A program made the position numbers and the translations under genes. Positions 9,352-17,467 of a stretch of 40,785 nt of DNA are shown here, piece after piece (position 1 is the stretch's first letter; the number at the start of each line of letters is the position of its first letter). This DNA is from a bacterium. Its GTDB lineage: Bacteria; SZUA-182; DTGQ01. The DNA lies in assembly GCA_040752695.1 (NCBI GenBank), contig JBFMGO010000043.1:1-40785 (forward strand). The letters run 5' to 3'. Below the pieces are notes generated by a model, which was not told the DNA's origin, made no database searches, and saw only the letters and a list, made by a program, of their open reading frames with translations.

Positions 9352-9381
9352 ATGATATACAGAGAAGATTATCTATGTCAA
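9352..9381 (-). promoter_or_regulatory. Putative sigma70 promoter for the barrel gene
   Basis: TTGACA (9381-9376), 18 nt, TATCAT (9357-9352), about 90 bp upstream of the ATG. Confidence 0.5.
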
Positions 9382-9400
9382 GATTCTTACTATTAAATTA

Positions 9401-9615
9401 CTAAAGTTTGGCAGGTATTTGTTGTATCTGACTAATAATGGCATCTTCAATAATGTCAAGTAAATATAAAACGATATTTGGTTCAATTTCGTAGCGAATA
9501 AACTCGCTTAACGTGAGCATAAGCTCTTTGAGAGCGTTCCATATTTTTTTCTGCCACCCGGAGCTGAAGGTGGCTATCGGCTGTATCTCTGAAAAATTGA
9601 CCAATAGGGTTTATC
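9401..9615 (-). pseudogene. C-terminal remnant of a DDE (IS4-like) transposase, frameshifted
   Basis: Joining the two short ORFs across the A7 run (9544-9550) gives IGQFFRDTADSHLQLRVAEKIWNALKELMLTLSEF, which resembles the C-terminus of IS4-like transposases. Recognition from memory only. Confidence 0.5.
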
Positions 9616-9893
9616 GGATTATTTTTATTCAAAGATATAGGCCAGCAGGAAGGGTATCGGATCATAACCAGTGGAGGGGCTTGATACACAGCGCGTTAGA
9701 TGCGTGGCCGTTTAGTAATAAATCCTGCAAATTTTGCCGGGGTTAAGATTGAGAAAGGCCAGGGTTTAAAAGTGAGAAAAGCCAGGTGAGCAATGATTAA
9801 TCCTCTCCTGGAAAGGACTTCGATCCTACTACAATGAGGCTTTCAAAGGGGAGCTTGCACTGATGCTCCATTCTCCCTGGTTATCATAATCAA

Positions 9894-10128
9894 CGTCATT
9901 CTGAGCGTTAGTACAGGCAGTAGGAATTACGCAAGCGGCTGTTTCTGTCCTTTTAGCGGACACTTCCCCGCTTAAAACCTGCTCAGGACAAGTTTAAGAA
10001 AAAATTTACCCAGCCGTCATTCTGAATGGAGCCTGTCCTGAGCAGGCATTAAGCTGGCAGCTTAGAATCCAGGTTTTTCAAATACTTCTGGATTCTAAGA
10101 TGGGCTCCCTGCTTCGCTCAGAATGACG
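9894..10128. repeat. Nested REP/MITE-like palindromic element
   Basis: Perfect IRs: cgtcattctgagcg 9894-9907 with 10115-10128; cctgctcaggaca 9978-9990 with 10034-10046; cttagaatccag 10061-10072 with 10088-10099. A second cgtcattctga lies at 10015. Confidence 0.85.
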
Positions 10129-10186
10129 AATTTGCTCATTTGAATGGCTTTCCTGCGAGGGGTTTGGACGATTTCTCGTTATACTC

Positions 10187-13072
10187 CTAAAAATAGCTTC
10201 CGATCTGAAACCAGACGACTATGGGCTGGTCATTTTCCGGCTCACGTTCCAGGGGGAAGGCCACATCGATCCGCACATCCAGCGGGATTAAATTGGCAAT
10301 GGAGGTTTTTACTATCATGGCGGTCCCTACATCGTGGCGGTAAGTGGCTTGGTCGGTTCTTTGCCAATCCTCCCAGACCTTGCCGCCATCGTAATAGAGA
10401 GCGACATCAACACTCTCAAACCAGAAATACTTTTTAATCGAGATATCTTTTCGGAAGTGCTTATGGACTGGCCATTTCAATTCTACATTCGAAATAGCGA
10501 TATTTGATCCCCTGTAATCCAGATTGTAATTATAGCCACGGAGCATAGTAGGTCCGGCCAGAGAGAACCTTTTATTCAGGGGCGCTTCTCCCTGCGTATC
10601 TCCCCAAAAAGCCCGGATCATCAAACTGGCCAGATGATGAACATGGAAATAGTACCGTCCATCAACCTGATATTGTTGAAAGTCAAAATCACCGCCTAAT
10701 TCCCTGGCGCATATCTCGGCCATACCTTCCAGATGCAACCCCTTGAGAGGAGTTAGTCTGGCATCACGCGTAATTTTCAGGCCGAGGCTTCCTACCTTTC
10801 CCTTCCAGGGGATTCTCAGTCCTCCTTCGTTTTCTCTTTCATCGAGATCCTCTTGTTCCTGCTCGGAAATATAGTAGGCTTCCTGCATGGTGTACAGTAA
10901 ATCGATACGATTTGCCGGGATGCGAACTTGCTGATGGGACTCGTGCAAGGTCAGGCCAATCCCTAAAGAGCCACCCCGAAAGCCTGCTGCATCGGACAAA
11001 GTAGCCATTCCCGCCAGATTTGGCCAGAGCAGCCGGTCTTTGTAAAAAAGCGTTTGATACCCGATCCTGCGGGGTTCCTGCCGGTAAAAGGTGCCAAGCT
11101 GCAATTGCCAGTCGCTGAGGTACCCTGCCGTAAGGGCTAATCCGGTAATCTGATTATCTGCTGCATTGGAGGTGGAAACGGGAATCGCTGTTACCAGGAG
11201 GCTGTCAGTATCGGGAAAATCCAAGATCGGGTAAAACCGGACCAAAAGCCTGTAGTGGTTATTCAAGCGATTGATATCAGGCAGAATATGGCCTGGATCA
11301 AGATGAGCCTCGGCAACTGCCGTATCTGCCCTCAGGGTAATGGTTTCTTCCTCTTGTCTGCCGCTCACCTGCACGGTTTTTTTGCTGCCATCCTGAAAGA
11401 CGACCAGTAATTCAACCGGCATGACAGCCTCTTGCAGGCGACGAATACGAATCGTGGTTATCGTCGTCGCCGCCGTCGCCGTCGCCGTCTGATCCTCCTT
11501 TTGGGAAGCGACATGATCGATGCTATAGTCCAGTTTTTTCGTATCGTAGATCCATTGGTCAAAAAACCAGGTAAGGTCCTGCCCTGTCACTTCCTGGCAC
11601 AGAGAGATCATCTCTTGTGTGGTCACTATTCTGCCATAATATCTCTGGATTAAGGCCTGCAGGAAAGCGGTGTAATTCTCATCTTTGAGCAGGTAATTGA
11701 GCATGCGGTGAATCATGGCTCCCTTGTCATAATGCATGGCGCTTAAGGCGGGAAGGTCATCGCTTGCTTTGGCAGATTCGGTAATGAGGCGATCATAGCC
11801 TCTGACAGCCTCTTCGCGGTAAGGCAACTCCACGAAGTATTCCGCGTAGTCCATATTCGGCATCCATTTGGGCCAGGTGAGCAGGTTCTTTCCCGCCCCA
11901 TATTTTTTCTCGAAATACCTGATGCTGGTATAGTTGGCCAGTCCTTCGCCGACCCAGTTGTTCTTGTCAAAATTATAGGTCAGGCCGACGCCCCACCACA
12001 GATGGCTCACTTCGTGGGCTACAACGACTTCCATTATCCGTTTTAACAGGCCGGGGAATTTATGCAATTCTCTGGGAATGAAAATAGCGTTGCCCGAAGT
12101 GTAGGCTGCTGTAGCTCCCATGTGGAAATCGACGATTGACAGGTGATCGAAGGTCAGGGGAAGATGCATATCCCGATGGATAAAACGAATGGCTTCGGCT
12201 GCATATTGAAGACAGGATTGAGCTGTCCTGACATCCCGAGAAAAATAGTAAACCTTTATCGTTACTCCTTCGGATTCTTTTTCCGCAATAAGATAATCCC
12301 GGCTTGAAGCCAGGGCCAATAAAGGAGTAGGACCGCAATCTCCAGAATAGGTAGTGGTTCCATCCGGATGGTCTTCGCTCCTTTCCCAGGCTGCCGAGGA
12401 AACAGGAACTTCCACCGATGGAACGGTCAGAGAAAGATGAAAAAAAGCGGGAGGTGATTCCTCAAGACCCGTTATCCATTCTCCCTCCCTCCTGGATAGA
12501 AGGGTAGGGTACCAGAACCCCTGTAAGTAAAGAGTATTCTGGTAGTGACCATCGGCATATTTTTCGGGAATCCTGGTCTTAAAATCAATCTCCAGGGTAT
12601 CGTTTTCCCCGGGAGCCAGGGGCTTGGGCAAGGTGACGAGCAGCAACGTTTTTTCCTGAGCACAGCCAAGCGGAAGGTCTAAGTCCGTCTTATAGGAATA
12701 GGGCAGGGGATTCCCCTTCCCGTCGTTAACGCCGAGAATTTCCATCCACGAAGGATTGAATCCATGAGGATACGAGTAATCGTAGGTACTCTCTTCCACA
12801 CGTGGGTCTTTTTTAGCCAATGTATTAGGCGCAAGCTGGAAAAGAACCTCTTCCAGCGGAATGTCCGAAGTATTGGGACAGGTAACCTTTACTTTTCCCG
12901 TAAGAGTATAAGACTGGTTGTTTAATTGAACATGAATATCATAGTGCGGCAGATCGCCGGAAGATGGAAGATTACGGATGGACGGATCTTGGGCAAATCC
13001 GGGGTTCACCTGACTACTGAAGATCACTAAAACGAGCATAATAAATAGGTTACGGCTTGCTTTTCGTTTCAA
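10187..13072 (-). CDS. Secreted M1-family (gluzincin) metallopeptidase fused to a C-terminal Omp85/BamA-type beta-barrel
   Basis: Signal peptide; HEVSHLWW-x-EGLA zinc motif; HYDKG catalytic Tyr; WFFDQW; C-terminal barrel with LRGY loop motif, YYDGGKVW and terminal Phe. Confidence 0.85.
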   Translation of the reverse strand: MKRKASRNLFIMLVLVIFSSQVNPGFAQDPSIRNLPSSGDLPHYDIHVQLNNQSYTLTGKVKVTCPNTSDIPLEEVLFQLAPNTLAKKDPRVEESTYDYSYPHGFNPSWMEILGVNDGKGNPLPYSYKTDLDLPLGCAQEKTLLLVTLPKPLAPGENDTLEIDFKTRIPEKYADGHYQNTLYLQGFWYPTLLSRREGEWITGLEESPPAFFHLSLTVPSVEVPVSSAAWERSEDHPDGTTTYSGDCGPTPLLALASSRDYLIAEKESEGVTIKVYYFSRDVRTAQSCLQYAAEAIRFIHRDMHLPLTFDHLSIVDFHMGATAAYTSGNAIFIPRELHKFPGLLKRIMEVVVAHEVSHLWWGVGLTYNFDKNNWVGEGLANYTSIRYFEKKYGAGKNLLTWPKWMPNMDYAEYFVELPYREEAVRGYDRLITESAKASDDLPALSAMHYDKGAMIHRMLNYLLKDENYTAFLQALIQRYYGRIVTTQEMISLCQEVTGQDLTWFFDQWIYDTKKLDYSIDHVASQKEDQTATATAATTITTIRIRRLQEAVMPVELLVVFQDGSKKTVQVSGRQEEETITLRADTAVAEAHLDPGHILPDINRLNNHYRLLVRFYPILDFPDTDSLLVTAIPVSTSNAADNQITGLALTAGYLSDWQLQLGTFYRQEPRRIGYQTLFYKDRLLWPNLAGMATLSDAAGFRGGSLGIGLTLHESHQQVRIPANRIDLLYTMQEAYYISEQEQEDLDERENEGGLRIPWKGKVGSLGLKITRDARLTPLKGLHLEGMAEICARELGGDFDFQQYQVDGRYYFHVHHLASLMIRAFWGDTQGEAPLNKRFSLAGPTMLRGYNYNLDYRGSNIAISNVELKWPVHKHFRKDISIKKYFWFESVDVALYYDGGKVWEDWQRTDQATYRHDVGTAMIVKTSIANLIPLDVRIDVAFPLEREPENDQPIVVWFQIGSYF

Positions 13073-13170
13073 ATTACTATCCTCACTTTGGCTTACCTGT
13101 CTTGCTCATGTTACTGAGTACGGAATTGATATACCATTCAGGTTAAGTGATATACCAATATGCTCTATTA

Positions 13171-13210
13171 TATTATGTTGACCTCATTATTACTATGTTG
13201 GCCTCATTAT
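13171..13210. repeat. 20-bp tandem duplication in the divergent promoter region
   Basis: tattatgttgacctcattat / tactatgttggcctcattat. Confidence 0.85.
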
Positions 13211-13325
13211 TCCGTTGACTTAATTCCCTATTTATGTATAATTTTTGATGCAATTCTTACCATGAAATTATTATTTTCTGCTTCACAGCATTTCCTGCCT
13301 TCGGCAGCGCTTTGGAGGGAAATTA

Positions 13326-13502
13326 ACTGCACCAATGAGTGCACTAATAACTGCACCAATGGCTATACCAATGACCACTACCATACTGGTTGCGATAACG
13401 ACTGCAATAATAGCTGTAATAACGACTGCAATAACGACGGCAGTAGTTATTGCAGTAATGACCGCAATAACTACTGCAATAACGCCTGCAATAGCAACTG
13501 CA
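13326..13502 (+). repeat. About 14 degenerate 12-bp tandem units (acgactgcaata-like) at the 5' end of the PagL-like gene
   Basis: Read directly; encodes (TTAI)n in the PagL frame. Confidence 0.9.
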
Positions 13503-14132
13503 TTTTCGCACAATACTGTTAAGAATGGACTGATAGGATTTACTATCCTCCTCTCAACACTCGTTTTATGGCCAGGGAACACCTATGCCGAGAGAAATAG
13601 CCAAAGTATGGTCTCCACCCGGTACGGATTAGCTTCAATCCTCGGAAATACCTATGATCCGGTAAACGATATACGTTTTTTCCTGATTTCAGGCTTTGCG
13701 CTCTATGATTATGAACGGGTCTGGCATCATCCGGCGCCCGACCCCTTACGCTTTAAAGTAGAAGGCGCTCTTGGAGCAACCACAAGCCCCTGTGCCCGTA
13801 TCATGGCCTCTGTCGGGATAGAGGCATTCTATTATCTGGATACCTTTGCAGCGAAACATTCAGGTGCCGCGGAACATTCAGTCGCTGCGAAACAGATACG
13901 GCCCTATGCAGAGGCAGGTGTCGGCATTATATATTCTGATTTTCAAGTAGAAGGCCAGGGCCTTCGCATCAACTTCAATCCTCAAGCGGGCCTTGGTCTG
14001 GAATTTTTAACAGAACCAAAAACATCCTTTTTTACGACCCTTCGCCTTCATCATATCTCAAATGGCCACTTATACAAATATAATCGGGGTGTTAATTCCA
14101 TCTCTTTAGTGGTTGGGTATTTTTTTCCATGA
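13335..14132 (+). CDS. pagL: PagL-like lipid A 3-O-deacylase (acyloxyacyl hydrolase family); start uncertain
   Basis: PYAEAGVGIIY, NFNPQAGLG, catalytic RLHHISNG, NRGVN; signal-peptide-like KNGLIGFTILLSTLVLWPGNTYA after the repeat tract. Confidence 0.8.
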   Translation: MSALITAPMAIPMTTTILVAITTAIIAVITTAITTAVVIAVMTAITTAITPAIATAFSHNTVKNGLIGFTILLSTLVLWPGNTYAERNSQSMVSTRYGLASILGNTYDPVNDIRFFLISGFALYDYERVWHHPAPDPLRFKVEGALGATTSPCARIMASVGIEAFYYLDTFAAKHSGAAEHSVAAKQIRPYAEAGVGIIYSDFQVEGQGLRINFNPQAGLGLEFLTEPKTSFFTTLRLHHISNGHLYKYNRGVNSISLVVGYFFP

Positions 14133-14365
14133 TACCCTTTTCCTGTTTCCTTGTAAATAGGGTATGAATAGTATAAAGATACTATATTATGGAAATATTA
14201 CTGGATTATGAAGATATTACTGGGTAAATGACAGGCTCAGAGCATGATGGCATTTAAAATTGATCAACCATGAAACATGAGTTCAGTACTGCATGTGGGG
14301 AGTGCAACGATCCAGATTAAAAGTTCCCCCCCGGCCAATGAGGGCTCACATACCGGCGGGAGCCC

Positions 14366-14400
14366 CAAGGGGGGGCAGGGATAAAGCCCTGCCCCCTTTG
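14366..14400. terminator. GC-rich hairpin between convergent genes
   Basis: gggggcaggg (14371-14380) pairs with ccctgccccc (14387-14396). Confidence 0.6.
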
Positions 14401-14438
14401 CATGGGGTTTATTGCATATCCGCAACTCGATATCGGAA

Positions 14439-15215
14439 CTAAATAACAGGAGGCGTCAAGGTTACATTGAACGATCCGGTTTCTCCTACGACACCGGTAC
14501 CGAGGGTTAAAGTATACTCCCCGGTTATTTCGGTGGAAGAAACCAGAATTGCACTGATACTGACATCAACTAATTTACCGCCTGCCAGATTATTAGACCC
14601 GGTAAGGACTATCTGGCCATTGGCTATTTCTCCCGTTACACTGACCAGCGTTGGAAGAACCGTATTACTGATGAATTGAACATAACCGGCAAGCGCGCCA
14701 ACAACTACCGGATCTTCAACAAGATTGAGGGTCATAGCTCCAAAGGTAAGACCGTTGCTCCAGGTTCCCTGCCATAATCCTGATTGCTCAGCTAACCCGT
14801 ACCTGCCATAGAGCCCGCCATACAGGCCCCCATACAGGCCGCCATACAGGCCACCGTATAATCCCAAGCTGCCATACAGGCCGCCATAGAGCCCGCCATA
14901 CAGGCCGCCATACAGGCCACCGTATAATCCCAAGCCGCCGCCATACAGGCCGCCAGAGAGCCCACCGTAAAGGCCACCGTATAATCCTAAACCACCATAA
15001 TATCCGCCTCCCCCATACAGGCCACCATATAATCCCAGGCCGCCATACAGGCCGCCGTAGCCGCCGCCGTAAAGCCCTCCATAGCTACTGTATAAACCGC
15101 TTATTCCGTAGCTGCTATAATACGCCTGCACGGAGGAGCATGGAATTACTGTGGAAACGAATAGTAGAAAACCCAAAATGACCAATAACCTGGATTTCGT
15201 AGAAAGCTTCATCAT
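14439..15215 (-). CDS. Secreted Gly/Tyr/Leu-rich (GGLY)n repeat protein with a C-terminal beta-rich domain
   Basis: AAGGAG RBS before ATG 15215; signal peptide ending VQA; about 110 residues of G/L/Y/S with 13 GGLY; C-terminal GLWQGTW beta domain. Confidence 0.85.
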   Translation of the reverse strand: MMKLSTKSRLLVILGFLLFVSTVIPCSSVQAYYSSYGISGLYSSYGGLYGGGYGGLYGGLGLYGGLYGGGGYYGGLGLYGGLYGGLSGGLYGGGLGLYGGLYGGLYGGLYGGLYGSLGLYGGLYGGLYGGLYGGLYGRYGLAEQSGLWQGTWSNGLTFGAMTLNLVEDPVVVGALAGYVQFISNTVLPTLVSVTGEIANGQIVLTGSNNLAGGKLVDVSISAILVSSTEITGEYTLTLGTGVVGETGSFNVTLTPPVI

Positions 15216-15426
15216 GTCAGTCTCCTTACTAACCTGGTTAAACAATTGAGAAAATGAGTTGACTAAATCGCGTGAAAATCCAACCGTTTTCTATCCTTAC
15301 CCTGAGCTTCCCTTTCACCATACTGTTATATAAGAAAGTTACGAAGGGAGAGAATAAAGGACCTCCCATTATCCGGGCAATGACATTCAGTTGTTGAGGA
15401 TTACCCATTAATAGAGCCATCATTTT

Positions 15427-15455
15427 AAGCCCTCGCCCCTTTCAGGGCGAGGGAG
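15427..15455. mobile_element. IS200/IS605-type subterminal hairpin remnant
   Basis: aagccctcgccc-ctttca-gggcgagggag resembles the AAGCCCC...TTTAGGG...GGG ends of IS605-family elements. No tnpA or tnpB nearby. Confidence 0.4.
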
Positions 15456-15941
15456 AATAACGCTGTCCCTGTGCTCAGCGCCATGACGTGAAACTTCTGC
15501 TCCTGAGCAAAAGCCACACCTTAATCCATCTCTCAACTGAATAGCATTGCCCTTACCTTATGCCGGGGCAGACGTTTTTATCCAGGCCGCGTAATTCCCG
15601 CAGCCTGTACTACGTCTCCCTACTAGGAATACTATTTTTCAATATTGATACCAGTTGAAAAGATGAGGAAGAAAGCAGGGGAGAGGCAGTATTAAGGTTC
15701 TGAATTATTAATGGAATTACAATAAGTAAGAGACGATCTTGAATAAAGCGTCCAAAACAGACAGGACTTCCTGAAGGCAGGAGAGCTTGTCATAAATACT
15801 ATAAGATTCAAGTATAAATTTTTTCCGAATCTTTGGATGATCTTAGTTACACTGATATCGGGACGGGTAATGCAATAGATAATGTAAAAGAAGCTGGCTG
15901 ATCTCAGTGGCGGAAAAATTAGAAAAAGATCAATTAATTTA

Positions 15942-15970
15942 TTGATTTTTCAATCAAATTAATATAGAAT
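15942..15970 (+). promoter_or_regulatory. Putative sigma70 promoter
   Basis: TTGATT-17 nt-TAGAAT in AT-rich DNA, overlapped by the IR aaagatcaat/attgattttt. Confidence 0.45.
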
Positions 15971-16321
15971 ACTAACCATCTTGTCTCATTTCGCAAATAC
16001 AGTGGGTAGCTCTCTGATTTTTAGGCTGAAGGCTGTCGCTCCAAGAGCCTTTCTTGCGGTCGAGACGCATTGTCTCCTCCTGTAATCTAATGCCTACAAT
16101 CTATCTTTTATCTCTACGGTCTATCTACCGTCTGTCTACCTGAGTAGACTACGCGAGAGGAAAAAGCCGGGCAAGACTCAGTGAGCCCAGAAGACAGGTG
16201 ATATATCTTTCTTATTTTTTATGCTGTTAGAAAAAATTTTAAAAGGTTGAAACGTTAATAAATTAAATTTTTCCGAAAAGATTATTAGGAATAAAAGCAA
16301 CCTTTTACGAGGAGGTATGAG

Positions 16322-16588
16322 ATGAAGACCCTGACTATCCAACTTCCTGATAAGCTGTATGAAACCTTAAAATTATATAGCATCAAGAAAGGCAAAAACA
16401 TACCCGAAGTCCTCAGAGAAAGCGCTCAATTCATGATCTGGGAGGATCAAAAAGAAGGAGCGCTCCGTGAATATAGAGAAGAGAGACTCGCCATTCAGGA
16501 TTTGGCAGACTTACTGGGATTGAGCTACCGGGAAGTAAATGAGCTGTTGGCAATGGAAAACACAACCGCTACCAGGCAATCATCATAA
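16322..16588 (+). CDS. Small RHH/UPF0175-like (antitoxin-like) DNA-binding protein
   Basis: Strong GGAGGT RBS; N-terminal MKTLTIQLPD RHH-like strand; C-terminal LAIQDLADLLGLSYREVNELL HTH. Confidence 0.7.
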   Translation: MKTLTIQLPDKLYETLKLYSIKKGKNIPEVLRESAQFMIWEDQKEGALREYREERLAIQDLADLLGLSYREVNELLAMENTTATRQSS

Positions 16589-16703
16589 TCGGCCTGCAAA
16601 TACTTTGCTGCTGTTTCCGGAAAAAAGAGATGAGTATTTTTCCAGGAGCGAACTCTTATAAAGCTCGATACGAGTATGTGCCAAAAGATTTAAAAGGGTA
16701 AAG

Positions 16704-16745
16704 AGGGTGGAACTGATATTTACGACCGGTTCTGCCCTTTTTTAT
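16704..16745 (+). terminator. Putative intrinsic terminator
   Basis: agggtggaactg pairs with cggttctgccct and is followed by a T-run. Confidence 0.5.
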
Positions 16746-16813
16746 TTATACCCCTATAGATAAATGAGATAGGTACTATAAAAAATCGAGTTCCCTTTTC
16801 ATATGCGATTAAT

Positions 16814-16849
16814 AAAAAAGGCAGGGCCATTGCTGACTCTGCCTTTTGA
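16814..16849 (-). terminator. Intrinsic terminator of the giant-protein operon
   Basis: aaaaggcag / ctgcctttt hairpin about 20 bp after the PEP-CTERM stop, with a T-run on the minus strand. Confidence 0.7.
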
Positions 16850-16867
16850 ATTTATTGAGAAATTAAC

Positions 16868-17434
16868 TTAACCTTTCCAAATCCTTTTCTTCATTCCCGA
16901 AATACTCAGCAAGCCCAAAAACCCAAAACTGAAAAGCAACAGAGGAGAAGGCTCCGGAACGGGGGCTGTGCCAGAAGCACTGGTCCCGCTATACACAATA
17001 GGATCAGGACCAGACGGATTAAAAATAGTTACGTCAAATGGAAGGTTTCCGACCTGATAATCAAACTGAAAGGTAAAGCCACTGAGGAATTCCCCGGGAG
17101 CAATATCTGTCCCAACCGGCGGGGTACCTGGGTTTTGTGAGAAGGCAGTGATAAAACCTGCCCCATCTACTTCATCCCATCCAGTTGGAAGTTGAACAAC
17201 GGTATACGTGTATGAAGGATTAAAGTTTAAAGATAAATCGTAAAGATCATAGCCTGCATCAGCAATCGGATCTGAGGCATTAAAGAGTGTATAGTCATAT
17301 TGCCATGTCCCCCCTCCCAAGCTTGTCTCAATATAACTAAGACTTGCACTTGGAATAGCCCAGGCAATACAGGTGAAGGAGCACAAGGCCGCTGCTAAAA
17401 AGATACCGATAAAGAGAGTTTTTAAAAATTCCAT
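16868..17434 (-). CDS. PEP-CTERM sorting domain protein
   Basis: Signal peptide; C-terminal VPEPSPLLLFSFGFLGLL transmembrane segment and basic tail KKR; GAGGAGG RBS. Confidence 0.95.
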   Translation of the reverse strand: MEFLKTLFIGIFLAAALCSFTCIAWAIPSASLSYIETSLGGGTWQYDYTLFNASDPIADAGYDLYDLSLNFNPSYTYTVVQLPTGWDEVDGAGFITAFSQNPGTPPVGTDIAPGEFLSGFTFQFDYQVGNLPFDVTIFNPSGPDPIVYSGTSASGTAPVPEPSPLLLFSFGFLGLLSISGMKKRIWKG

Positions 17435-17467
17435 TTGCTTGGTTCCTCCTCATGATGCAAAAAATAT

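Noticed and set aside
13160..13522. Cys/Asn-rich ORF (CNND repeats) as a RiPP precursor or metallothionein
   Set aside because: It is an alternative frame of the 12-bp repeat, overlaps the PagL-like gene, lacks an RBS and has no maturase nearby.
14792..14977. MAAC-repeat ORF
   Set aside because: Off-frame reading of the GGLY repeat.
15942..15957. FNR box
   Set aside because: TTGAT and ATCAA are separated by 6 nt rather than the required 4.
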